IMG/VR virus record: IMGVR_UViG_3300049571_000380
Location: 64,001-128,000 of that record
Source: a virus
Reading direction: 5' to 3' (one strand)
DNA length: 64,000 bases
This document shows positions 53,188 through 61,835 of the stretch, piece by piece (position 1 is the stretch's first letter; each line of letters begins with the position of its first letter). A program made the translations under genes and the position numbers. The notes under the pieces were generated by a model, which was not told the DNA's origin, searched no databases, and saw only the letters and a program-made list of their open reading frames with translations.

Positions 53188-53922
53188 GTGAGCGAGCAGA
53201 TTCCCAAGTACCGTGCCATTGCGGCACATTACCGATTCAGGGTCACGTCCGGGGAGCTGGAGCCCGGTACCCCGCTGGAGTCTCGCCGGAAGCTCGCGAA
53301 GATCCACAAGACCTCGCGAGTCACCATCGACAAGGTGGTGGAACTGCTGACGGCCGAGGGGATCCTGGAGCCGTCGGACGGCAATCGGCCTCCGATCGTC
53401 GCCGACATCTCGCGTCGCACCGCGACCGTTCAGGACCGCGTCGGCAACGCCGCCGTCAGCGGTCGGGCGCTGGGGGCGAAGGAGACTTCCCGGATCCTGC
53501 GAGTGGAGGAAGTTCCCTGCCCCTCCGACATTGCCCCTCTCCTGGGGGTGCGGCCCGGTGACAAGGTGATCCTGCGGGAACGCCTGAACCTGGTCGAGGA
53601 CAAGCCGGTGGCCACGGGTCACTCGTACTACCCGCCGGAGGTCACCAACCTGACGCCGGAGCTGCGGACCCCGCAGTCCATCCCCTCGGGTTCGCGCGAA
53701 TTGGCGGCCGAACGGATGGGGTCGCGCCAGAAGGATCTGATTCCGGTGATCACGTCGCGCCTGGCGACGGACCGAGAGAGGGAACTACTGGAGCTGAAGG
53801 GTGCGTACGTGGTCGTCACGCAGACGGCACGCCGGATCCTCCTGGCCAACGGCAAGGTCGTCGAGGTCGCAGTGAAGATCTGCGAGGGCAACCGGCCGGT
53901 CTCGTTCCACGTGCCCCTGTGA
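53188..53922 (+). CDS. GntR/HutC-family repressor (wHTH plus UTRA), KorA/TraR-like
   Basis: PKYRAIA...GELEPGTPLES.R.LA...SRVTI...L..EGIL; UTRA RERL...DKPV..GHSYYP; GTG after GAGGAG; isolated plus-strand gene. Confidence 0.92.
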   Translation: MSEQIPKYRAIAAHYRFRVTSGELEPGTPLESRRKLAKIHKTSRVTIDKVVELLTAEGILEPSDGNRPPIVADISRRTATVQDRVGNAAVSGRALGAKETSRILRVEEVPCPSDIAPLLGVRPGDKVILRERLNLVEDKPVATGHSYYPPEVTNLTPELRTPQSIPSGSRELAAERMGSRQKDLIPVITSRLATDRERELLELKGAYVVVTQTARRILLANGKVVEVAVKICEGNRPVSFHVPL

Positions 53923-53943
53923 GGAACCCATGCGGATGTGCAG

Positions 53944-53973
53944 AGCCCCCGTCGCAACGGTGCGACGGGGGCT
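53944..53973. terminator. Bidirectional terminator
   Basis: AGCCCCCGTCGCA-ACGG-TGCGACGGGGGCT between convergent genes. Confidence 0.8.
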
Positions 53974-53982
53974 TTCGCGTTC

Positions 53983-54708
53983 TCAGGGCTCGACCAGTTT
54001 GAAGGCGTCCTCGCCCCGGGCCAGCTCCTCCTTCATGGACTCGTAGTCCTCGTGACGGCACTGCGGGTACAGCCAGATCAGATGCGCCCGCATGTCGTCG
54101 TTCCAGCCTCGTTCGGTCTCGTCGTCGACCTTCACGCATTCGGCCGGGTTCACTCCGTACAGCCAGGTGAGCGCACCGAAGCCGATCCAGTGCCGCTGGC
54201 CGTCGTTGACGGACGTGATCCAGCCCGGGACGATGGCGTACTTCTTGCCCGCCAGCCCGCGCGGGAAGAGCGGACAGTCGCTTGGCTCGGGCTCGGGCTG
54301 ACGGGTTTCCTGCGCCAGTCGGTGAGCCAGGGATCCCTTCACTCCGGCTGGTTTGAACGGAGTGCGCCGCTTCGCCTTCAGGCGTTGGTCGTCCGGGGCC
54401 CAATCTTCGGGAACCGGCTTCCAGTCCTTGTCGGCTTTCCTCTTCTCGGGGTCCCACAGCGATGCCCCTCCGGCCTTCACCCAGCTCCGCACGTCGGCAA
54501 GATAGGTGGCGGAGAAAATCAACCCGCGCCTGTACTTGTCCATGGCAGAGAACCGGGTGTCGAGAACCATCCAGGACCCGAACTCCGGCTTTCCTTCATC
54601 GGCGTCGGAGTAGTACGCCTCGACGACGATGTGGTCATGGCCGTGCACCCGGTACTTCTTGTCGTACCGGCCGTTCGACGGGAGCCGGTGCAGCAAGGGT
54701 TCAGCCAC
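53983..54708 (-). CDS. Hypothetical protein
   Basis: Overlaps upstream stop; high GC3. Confidence 0.6.
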   Translation of the reverse strand: MAEPLLHRLPSNGRYDKKYRVHGHDHIVVEAYYSDADEGKPEFGSWMVLDTRFSAMDKYRRGLIFSATYLADVRSWVKAGGASLWDPEKRKADKDWKPVPEDWAPDDQRLKAKRRTPFKPAGVKGSLAHRLAQETRQPEPEPSDCPLFPRGLAGKKYAIVPGWITSVNDGQRHWIGFGALTWLYGVNPAECVKVDDETERGWNDDMRAHLIWLYPQCRHEDYESMKEELARGEDAFKLVEP

Positions 54709-55363
54709 TGGCCGCCACCACGTTCCCGCTGAGGTCCACGAGAGCCACCTGGCCGGGGGCCTTCTTTACCGCGAACTCCACGGTTCCGGTTGCCGTCTCG
54801 CCGGGCTCGATCCTGCGGGACCCCGGGGCCAGCGTCCCCTCCCCGATCACGGCCGGGCGCCCGTCGCCCTTCACCATCGACGACATGACGACCACGGTCT
54901 CGTCGGTGTTGTTCACGACCGTCACCTTCACGACCGCTCCGACGTCGCCCGAGCCGTTGGGCACCGCAGTGAGAACCACCGTCTTCGGCGCTTCGGGAGT
55001 GGGTGCACTGGAAGCCTCGGCGCGGTCCTGGGCGCCCTCAGAGGGGCCACCCCCGGCCGCAGGGAGGAAGCCTTCCCGGGACGCCGAGGAGGAGCCCGTA
55101 GGGCTGTCTGCCGGGCTGTCGCCGCCGTGAGGCATGACGGTGAAAACCAGGACCCCCACGGCAGCGGCTCCAGCGGCTCCGAGAAGCAGGCTCCTGCGCC
55201 GGTCCGGCTTCTGCGCCTGCGGCTCTTCCTCCTGAGTCGGAGGAGCGGGCGGTGGCGGAGGAGGTGCGACGGGTTCGGGTTCCGGATCCCATCCGATCGC
55301 GGGTTCAACCCGGTCCGGCTCGCCTTCCTGTCGCGGTGCTGACGTGTTCCACCAGTCGGTCAT
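54701..55363 (-). CDS. Membrane-anchored protein with Pro-rich N-terminus and extracellular Ig-like domain
   Basis: ATG after AAGGAGG; TM LLLGAAGAAAVGVLVF; VKVTVVNNT...IEPGETATGTVEF. Confidence 0.7.
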   Translation of the reverse strand: MTDWWNTSAPRQEGEPDRVEPAIGWDPEPEPVAPPPPPPAPPTQEEEPQAQKPDRRRSLLLGAAGAAAVGVLVFTVMPHGGDSPADSPTGSSSASREGFLPAAGGGPSEGAQDRAEASSAPTPEAPKTVVLTAVPNGSGDVGAVVKVTVVNNTDETVVVMSSMVKGDGRPAVIGEGTLAPGSRRIEPGETATGTVEFAVKKAPGQVALVDLSGNVVAASG

Positions 55364-55569
55364 TCCCCGCCTCCTTTCCTTACCTTCCGGGCCACGTTCA
55401 TCCCCACGCCCGTTGCCGCCCCTGCGATCACGGCCCCGGTTGCGGGGACTCCGATCGCCGAGAACGTGGCGGTGTCCAGTGCGGCGCCCAGCAGGGCGGC
55501 CGTGGTCACGCTGTCGTCGACATCCTCGACCGCCTTGGCGATGGCCCAGGTGACGACCTTCTCCATCAT
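55360..55569 (-). CDS. Small hydrophobic glycine-zipper-like protein
   Basis: AALLGAALD...IGVPATGAVIAGAATGVG; ATGA coupling on both sides. Confidence 0.6.
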   Translation of the reverse strand: MMEKVVTWAIAKAVEDVDDSVTTAALLGAALDTATFSAIGVPATGAVIAGAATGVGMNVARKVRKGGGE

Positions 55570-55880
55570 GAGACGGGCCGAAGCGGCAGGGTCGCGCTGT
55601 AGGCGACCAGGTACTCGTAGCGCCACATGGAGTGCTCGCCGTCGTCGGTTCCCGTCTCGACGATGGTGGCCTCCTGGATGCGATACGCCATGCCGAGCCG
55701 GTCCCGGTACAGGGCTCCCGGCGGAAGCATCGGAATCGTCGGGTGCTCGCGCCCACCCTTCGGCGAGATGGTGATGAGCGCGTGCCGGATTTCGCTCTCC
55801 GGGTCGTCGTCCATCATCGGCTGGATCACAACGTAATTGGCGGACCCGGTTCCTCCGGATGCCTCGATTCGCCACGCCAT
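55566..55880 (-). CDS. Hypothetical protein
   Basis: ATG after GAGGAG. Confidence 0.6.
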   Translation of the reverse strand: MAWRIEASGGTGSANYVVIQPMMDDDPESEIRHALITISPKGGREHPTIPMLPPGALYRDRLGMAYRIQEATIVETGTDDGEHSMWRYEYLVAYSATLPLRPVS

Positions 55881-55940
55881 GTCATTCTCCTCTCCTACTT
55901 CAACACAACCAGAATACAGGCAAGTTGGGGAAAACAGGAA

Positions 55941-55962
55941 GCCCCCGCCCGAAGGCGGGGGC
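55941..55962 (-). terminator. Hairpin after SpdB-like gene
   Basis: GCCCCCGCC-CGAA-GGCGGGGGC. Confidence 0.7.
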
Positions 55963-55980
55963 CACTGCGGTGCGGGCGTG

Positions 55981-57144
55981 TCAGCCCTGGTTCATCCAGC
56001 TCGCGAGACCGTTCTCGACGAACCACTCCAGCGGGAAGGCGGTGGTCGCCTCGGTCACCCGGGGGGCGCCCGTCTGGTTGGCCTTCGCGAAGGCGGCCTT
56101 GGTGATGCCGCCCTCGGCCGCGTCGGCGGCGTAATAGCGCGCCGCCAGGTTCACCTTCCGGCGCTCGGCGTCGGTCAGGTTCAGGCCCTCCAGGCTGATG
56201 CCCTCCGCGTCGTCCTCCCCCTCGAAGGAGACACCGCCCTTGGCGAGCTGCGGCCGGGGGCTGGAGACGACCTGGCCCTGCACCAGGTTGAAGCCGAGGG
56301 GCGACCGCAGGCGGATGTCCTGCTCGGCGTCCATGCGCTCCATGGTGATCTCGGTCTGGGTGCGCATCGTCTCGATCTGGAGCTGGGCGTTCAGCCGCTG
56401 GCGCATCGCCTTGAGCTGGTTGGCGCCCTCCAGCTCGGCCTTCTCCGCCTCGAACTTCGCGTCGCGCTCCAGCTTCTCGCGCTCGATCTGGGCCTGGACC
56501 CTCTCGCGCTCGATCGCCGCCCTGCGACGCTCCTCGGCCAGGGCCGCCTCGTGCTCGCGGTTCTTCAGGATCATGTCGGCCTCGTGCTGCTCGGCGGTCG
56601 CCTCGGCGTCGGCCCGCGTGAGGCGGGACTTCCGCTTCTTCGCCGCCATCTGGGCCTTCTCCTCGTCCGTCAGGTCCGTCGGGTCCTTCAGGCCGTTCAG
56701 CGCCATCGTCCACGTGAGCTTCGTGAAGACCGGGAGCACCGCCGCGAAGGCCGCCGCACCGCCGCCGATCGTCGTTCCGTGGTAGCCGAGCAGGGCCGCG
56801 ACGAACAGGGCCTCGACCCACCCGATGACCGGGAGGAAGTCGAAGGGCTTCTTCCGCCTGGGCAGCTTGCCCATCAGCTTCTGACCCTGGTACTGGGCCA
56901 CCATCGTCGCGCTCCAGACGACGTCCATCGTCGCGGCGGCCGAGAGGGAGATCAGGCTGAGCCCGCCCAGCTTGTCGATGGTGAGCGCGTCGACCTTGTA
57001 CAGGTCGATGAAGGACCAGGTGCTCCAGGCGAGGGAGCCGATCGAGAGGATGCTCGCCATCAGAACCAGAACGGAGAAACGCTTCGGTCCGTCCTCGTCG
57101 GTGTCGACCTTCGCGACCTTCTCGGTGTTTTCCGTCGTGTCCAT
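55981..57144 (-). CDS. SpdB-like Streptomyces plasmid spread protein (4 TM plus coiled coil)
   Basis: LAWSTWSFIDL...AAATMDVVW...IGW...LLGYHG...AAVLPVFTKLTW, then long coiled coil. Confidence 0.65.
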   Translation of the reverse strand: MDTTENTEKVAKVDTDEDGPKRFSVLVLMASILSIGSLAWSTWSFIDLYKVDALTIDKLGGLSLISLSAAATMDVVWSATMVAQYQGQKLMGKLPRRKKPFDFLPVIGWVEALFVAALLGYHGTTIGGGAAAFAAVLPVFTKLTWTMALNGLKDPTDLTDEEKAQMAAKKRKSRLTRADAEATAEQHEADMILKNREHEAALAEERRRAAIERERVQAQIEREKLERDAKFEAEKAELEGANQLKAMRQRLNAQLQIETMRTQTEITMERMDAEQDIRLRSPLGFNLVQGQVVSSPRPQLAKGGVSFEGEDDAEGISLEGLNLTDAERRKVNLAARYYAADAAEGGITKAAFAKANQTGAPRVTEATTAFPLEWFVENGLASWMNQG

Positions 57145-57210
57145 GTCTGGGTTTCTCCCTTTCCGAAAACCCCCCGGTTTCTGAAACCTCGCTTGGGGGC
57201 GTTACGCATG

Positions 57211-57240
57211 ACTGTGCCAGCGTGGCCTAGGCCGTGTCAA
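57211..57240 (-). promoter_or_regulatory. sigma70-type promoter with operator in the spacer
   Basis: Minus strand TTGACA-N18-CACAGT with GGCCTAGGCC at 57224-57233. Confidence 0.75.
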
Positions 57241-57408
57241 GCGAACCTGGGCCGGATCCCGGAAGTAGTCCGTTCTGTCCGAATTCACTGGGATTCGAGA
57301 ACGATGCCACGAACTGCCGCCCCACCATGTCCCCATTCGTCCGATTCGAGTGGAGAAGGACCACCCTTCGTTCGGCCTCTTCCGGAGGGGCGGCAGCTCT
57401 TCCGCGCT

Positions 57409-57840
57409 TCAGGAAGAACGGGATCCACGGAAGAGGCCACGAAGGAAGCCCTTCCGCTCGCTGCGATGCCGTCCGGAAGGGGCGGGAACCTCGCCGGAAA
57501 CCTGGTGACCAGCACCATCGGGATCGTCTGCCTCGATTCGTCCGGTTTCGTCTTCCAGAACCCACTCGGAAGGCGGTTCGATCGCGGTCATGTTCAGCAC
57601 GTAGACGTTCGCCCCGCGAAGCCCGGTGGAAGAGAAGCCCGGCTCCGTACGCAGCAGTCCGTTCCGGGTGAGTTCGGCCCTGGCCCGCACCAGGGCGCCC
57701 TGGGTCAGTCCGCTGTCCTTGAGGAGGGCGGATGTCGCCACCTGGGCCCGCCCGATTTCGTTCACGTGCTTCAGTAGGGCATCCAGCAGCTTTCCTGCCT
57801 CGTGGCCCAGTGCGCTTCGGTCGTAGGCGTTCTCGCTCAT
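57409..57840 (-). CDS. Winged-helix DNA-binding protein
   Basis: ATSALLKDSGLTQGALVRARAELTRNGLL...GANVYVL. Confidence 0.7.
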   Translation of the reverse strand: MSENAYDRSALGHEAGKLLDALLKHVNEIGRAQVATSALLKDSGLTQGALVRARAELTRNGLLRTEPGFSSTGLRGANVYVLNMTAIEPPSEWVLEDETGRIEADDPDGAGHQVSGEVPAPSGRHRSERKGFLRGLFRGSRSS

Positions 57841-57943
57841 GCCGTCACCTTTCCAGTGGTCCGTGTCGGGCATCAGCGTACGGCGAAGGGCCGCCAGAAC
57901 ATCGTCTGGCGGCCCTTCAGGTAGGCCATCTCTGGTGGCCTGG

Positions 57944-59392
57944 TCACCCAGCCCAGGGGTCGTCGTTCAGGTCGCTCAGCCAGCGGCCCACCGTGGAGGC
58001 GTCCACGCCGAGGACACGGGCGCCTTCGGCGCGGCTCAGGTGCCCCTGCTGAATCTCTCCGTGCAGCCACGCGATGACGGCCGAGCGGGCTTCCTCCTTC
58101 TCCTCGGGCGTGAAGCCGGACTTCGGCGCCTGGGAGGCGTGGTACGTGAGCACGACCATCGGGTGACGGCCGACCGGAACCTGGGGCGTCTCGCGCCCCG
58201 CTTCTGCGGCCTCCTGGAGAACGGGAACCAGCTCGGGTGCCGCCTCTTCCTGGACGGGCTCCACGTCCGCCCCTGCGACCTCCGCTGCGGGCTCGATGTC
58301 GGGCGCCACCACCCACCAGTCCTCGTGCTCCGGATCGCTGCTGGCCGGGTAGGGCCCGGCCTGGGCGAACTGGACCTGCAACTCCCCCTGCAAGGGTTGC
58401 CGCACGATCTCCTTCTCCAGGCTGACCTGCACGGATTCCCTTGCATCGGGGGCCTCGTGCAAGGCCGTCTGCACGGAGGTCCGCAAGGGGGTGGTGGGAG
58501 CGTCCGGGATCAGTCCGTGATCACTCTCGGTGACACCCGAAACGTCCACGTTCGTCCACCCCGAAGTGGCCTGCTGCATGGGTTCCTGCATGTCGGGCAC
58601 AGGCTCCTTGATCAGCGAGTATGCCGGTTCTTTGGCGGCCTCCTGCGAGGTCTCGGTCCGGAAGTCGTCGGCGATCGAGGCGACGGCCTCGAACGACTGG
58701 CCCGACTTGTCCTGGTCTGCGACATCCGAAGTGGCCTGCTGCATGACCTGCGGCAACACCGTCGTAGGTGCCTCCGAGGCAGTTACGACACGGGTTTCCG
58801 CCTCGGACGAGATGGCCTGCTGCACCGGCTCCTGCAAATCCGACTGTTCGAATCGAGCAGTTTCGACCGAATCTTCCGAATCGTCCCCACCGTCTTCGGC
58901 TTCTTCGCCGGAATCCGAGTCTTCGACCTGCGGGTTTTCGAGGATCTGGGTGGGGCTCTCCGGCGAGGGGTCGACGAGCGTCTCCTTCTCGCCATCCTCA
59001 CTTTCCGTGTCCCCTTCCGTCTCGCCGTTCTCGGTGGCCCACGGCTCCTCGCGGCCCAGCTTCCGCTCGCGCGCGGAGAACACGGCCAGCCCGATCACGG
59101 TGAGGAGGATGGCCGCTCCCAGCGCCTGCGGAACGCTCGTCGAGTGGCCGCCCCTCTCCGGGCCCCCGGTCGCCGCACTCAGGACCACCCACACCGGGAT
59201 GAGCACGATGAACGCCCGGCCGCCCTTGGCCCACACCGAGCGGTGCTCGCCGTTCTCGTCCAGCTCCAGGACCCAGTTCTTGCTTCCGTGCAGCCCCCTG
59301 CGGAACATCCTGCCCAGCCCCTTGGAGCCGTTCTGGACCTCCATCGACTGCCTGATTCCCGCCGCTTGCGGGACCTTCACGCGGATCGCCAT
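57944..59392 (-). CDS. Membrane-anchored protein with long acidic linker and C-terminal HTH
   Basis: ATG after GAGGAGG; 2 TMs, Glu/Gln/Pro-rich region, LSRAEGARVLGVDASTVGRWL. Confidence 0.75.
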   Translation of the reverse strand: MAIRVKVPQAAGIRQSMEVQNGSKGLGRMFRRGLHGSKNWVLELDENGEHRSVWAKGGRAFIVLIPVWVVLSAATGGPERGGHSTSVPQALGAAILLTVIGLAVFSARERKLGREEPWATENGETEGDTESEDGEKETLVDPSPESPTQILENPQVEDSDSGEEAEDGGDDSEDSVETARFEQSDLQEPVQQAISSEAETRVVTASEAPTTVLPQVMQQATSDVADQDKSGQSFEAVASIADDFRTETSQEAAKEPAYSLIKEPVPDMQEPMQQATSGWTNVDVSGVTESDHGLIPDAPTTPLRTSVQTALHEAPDARESVQVSLEKEIVRQPLQGELQVQFAQAGPYPASSDPEHEDWWVVAPDIEPAAEVAGADVEPVQEEAAPELVPVLQEAAEAGRETPQVPVGRHPMVVLTYHASQAPKSGFTPEEKEEARSAVIAWLHGEIQQGHLSRAEGARVLGVDASTVGRWLSDLNDDPWAG

Positions 59393-59472
59393 GACCTCCT
59401 CATCTCCTCTCCGAGTGGCCCGCCGGAGCCGTTCCGGCGGGCCGTTTCCACTGCTTCTCGCAGGCCACTTTT

Positions 59473-59718
59473 TCAGCGTTCCTGGACCCACTTCTTGGGG
59501 TCGTTGTGCTCCTCCCAGGAGGGGACCACGATGCGGTCCCCGTACCTGGTGTACCCGATGTGCGTACCCGGCGGGATGAGCCGGTTGCCCGCCGACAGGC
59601 CGCCACAGGAGAGGCAGGGATCGCCCTCCAGGCGGCCGTGTTCGCAGCGGTGCAGGTCGAGCAGGAGCTTGGCCAGACGGCTCGTCTCGACCTCCTGCGG
59701 GGTCGGCCGGTCAGCCAT
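59473..59718 (-). CDS. Small protein with HRCEHGR...CLSC motif
   Basis: Operon packing; metal-binding motif. Confidence 0.55.
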   Translation of the reverse strand: MADRPTPQEVETSRLAKLLLDLHRCEHGRLEGDPCLSCGGLSAGNRLIPPGTHIGYTRYGDRIVVPSWEEHNDPKKWVQER

Positions 59719-59920
59719 GAACGGCTTCCGTGGTCCGCTCCGAAACGGGCGAATCGGTGCGAACTCCCTTGAATTCCGTGCAGGCGCAGGTCCCCCGCCC
59801 CTGGGCCAGCTTGTGACGGCACGCCGTCTTGGTACCCCGGACGTGCGTACCGGTGTGCTCGTGCCGGGGGTGGCCGCAGCCACTGGGACCCGTGCACAGC
59901 TCCTTGTCGTAGAGGCTCAT
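59711..59920 (-). CDS. Small Cys/His-rich protein
   Basis: C...CGH...H...C...CAC..F; RBS GAGGAGG. Confidence 0.6.
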   Translation of the reverse strand: MSLYDKELCTGPSGCGHPRHEHTGTHVRGTKTACRHKLAQGRGTCACTEFKGVRTDSPVSERTTEAVHG

Positions 59921-59942
59921 CGCTCCTCCTCGTTCCTGCTGG

Positions 59943-60218
59943 TCAGCGCTTCTGCGCCATCTCGTTCAGCGTTGCCGACAGCTTCGCATTCAGATCCAGC
60001 GCCTGCTCGTACGTCAGCTCGGCGAAGATGCCCGGGTCGTCGGACTCCTCTATCTGCTTCTCCGACAGGGGTACGTGCATCCGGGTGCCGAACCCCGTCT
60101 CCACGGGGCCGAGGCCACCGATCCTCACGTAGCTGCCCGGGGTCCAGCTCTCGCGGACCTGGAGCCGGGCACCCTTGTCGGCCTCGCTCAGGTTCTTCAG
60201 GGCCTTGATCTCGCTCAC
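59943..60218 (-). CDS. Hypothetical protein
   Basis: GTG after GAGGAGAAGG; GTGA overlap. Confidence 0.6.
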   Translation of the reverse strand: MSEIKALKNLSEADKGARLQVRESWTPGSYVRIGGLGPVETGFGTRMHVPLSEKQIEESDDPGIFAELTYEQALDLNAKLSATLNEMAQKR

Positions 60219-60544
60219 GCCTTCTCCTCGTCCGACCAGGTGTTTCCCTGGTAGTCCTTGTGCTCCGTGGCCGGGTGGTGCCCCTTGGGCTCCTCGCACT
60301 GCCACGGATTCACGGGGTGCTCGCCGTCGCACTTCTCGACGTTGCCGTGCTCGGCCATGGCCTCACGGATGATCGAGTCCTCGTCGAGGCCACCGACCCC
60401 ATAGCCCTCGGGGTCCCAGCTCTCGGCCTTGAGCGCCTTGATGAGGGCGGAGACCAGCTCGGTGCCGGAGATCTCGCCCTCCTCGCGCTGTTCGATGGCC
60501 TCGGACACCGTCTCGAAGATCCGGGTTCCGCCGGTCCAGCTCAC
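60215..60544 (-). CDS. Hypothetical protein
   Basis: MSWTGG...LIKALKAESWD; RBS AAGGGAG. Confidence 0.6.
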   Translation of the reverse strand: MSWTGGTRIFETVSEAIEQREEGEISGTELVSALIKALKAESWDPEGYGVGGLDEDSIIREAMAEHGNVEKCDGEHPVNPWQCEEPKGHHPATEHKDYQGNTWSDEEKA

Positions 60545-60608
60545 GCTTTACTCCCTTCCGAAGGTTCTTACGAGGGTTCGCCCTGGAATCCAAGGCGAAC
60601 CCTCATCG

Positions 60609-60827
60609 TCATACCGTCTCTACGCGGGTGACGTGGGTGTAGACAGCCTGGTAGATCTCACGGACGTCCTCGGCGTCCACGTCGTCGAGTTCCACCAGGA
60701 CGGTGTGGTGCTCGCCCGTCACGTCGGTGCACGGCAGGCCGTTCACCGGGCACGGGCCGGTCTTCTTGTCGCGTGGGTTGTGCTCCGGGTTCTTCGGGAG
60801 CTTGACCGTGACCAGGTACTTCGCCAT
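60609..60827 (-). CDS. Small protein with H...C...C...H motif
   Basis: TGATG coupling with NlpC/P60 gene. Confidence 0.6.
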   Translation of the reverse strand: MAKYLVTVKLPKNPEHNPRDKKTGPCPVNGLPCTDVTGEHHTVLVELDDVDAEDVREIYQAVYTHVTRVETV

Positions 60828-61294
60828 CAGCCGTTGATCCTTCCGAGGTAGACCTTCCGGCCGCCGTACTTGTACTCGGAGACGGGGGCGACGACGACCT
60901 TGTACCCCCGGTAGGAGCCGGAGTTGGCGTTCAGGATCTTGTCGCCGCCGACATAGATGCCCACGTGCTTGATGTTCGAGGATGAGGTGCCGAAGAAGAC
61001 CAGGTCGCCCTTCGCACGCTTGCTCCAGGAGAGCTTCGAGGACTTGTTGTACTGGCCCTGAGCGGTGCGCGGGAGCGTCTTGCCGTTCTTCTTGTACGAG
61101 TAGTACGTGAGGCCCGAGCAGTCGAAGGCGTTCGGACCGGCGGCGCCGCCCTTGTAGGGGTCCCCCTTCTGGGCGGTGGCCGTACTCAGGGCCTTCGTGC
61201 GTATCGGGGTCGCCGCACTGGAGCTGGGGGCCACGGTCAGCACCAGCCCTCCCGCGAGCGCGGTGGACAGGGCGACGGTCGTGAGCTTCTGCAT
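60827..61294 (-). CDS. Second NlpC/P60 hydrolase, secreted
   Basis: Signal peptide ...SSSA; GDPY..G, FDCSGL, GDLVFF, HVGIY. Confidence 0.92.
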   Translation of the reverse strand: MQKLTTVALSTALAGGLVLTVAPSSSAATPIRTKALSTATAQKGDPYKGGAAGPNAFDCSGLTYYSYKKNGKTLPRTAQGQYNKSSKLSWSKRAKGDLVFFGTSSSNIKHVGIYVGGDKILNANSGSYRGYKVVVAPVSEYKYGGRKVYLGRING

Positions 61295-61354
61295 GGTGCG
61301 ATCTCCTTGGATTCCGAGGTTCTTCCGGATGTTCGGGCTGGAATTCGAGCCGAA

Positions 61355-61819
61355 CTACCAGCTCATTCCTTCGGGGCTGAAGTAGACGGGGATGCCTGCC
61401 GCTCGCGCCTTGTCCACGCAGTCAGCGGTGCCATGCGTGGGGTGCTCGCCGGGCAGGCACCAGGGGGCGTTCTTGCGGCAGGGGAGCGCCCAGGCCATCA
61501 GGGCGTCCATACCGGCGTCGACCATCTCCTGGTTGCGCAGGAAGCCAGCCTGGTTGCCGTGGCGCCCCCAGTCGGCCGGGTGCGGGTCCTCAAGGACCAG
61601 GTGGTCCGGGAGCCGGGCCGTCCAGTCGCTGACGTGCCGGTCGACCCCCCGCTTGGCCTTGCCGTTTCTCACGAGCAGCCGCTTGCGGTGCCGCAGCATC
61701 TGCGTGAGCGGGATCCATACGGACGACCTGGTGGCCCAGTCCCTGGACCCGGCCACCCCCAGAACGAATCGGGGGTTGGCGCTCAACCATGCTGCCAGTT
61801 CGGCATCTTGGGCGTTCAC
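61355..61819 (-). CDS. SLOG-superfamily protein (DUF2493/YspA-like)
   Basis: VAGSRDW, G.A..GVD, ADWGRHGNQAGFLRNQEMV, HGTADCV..AR.AGIP. Confidence 0.85.
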   Translation of the reverse strand: MNAQDAELAAWLSANPRFVLGVAGSRDWATRSSVWIPLTQMLRHRKRLLVRNGKAKRGVDRHVSDWTARLPDHLVLEDPHPADWGRHGNQAGFLRNQEMVDAGMDALMAWALPCRKNAPWCLPGEHPTHGTADCVDKARAAGIPVYFSPEGMSW

Positions 61820-61835
61820 GTGCCTCCTCTCGAAC

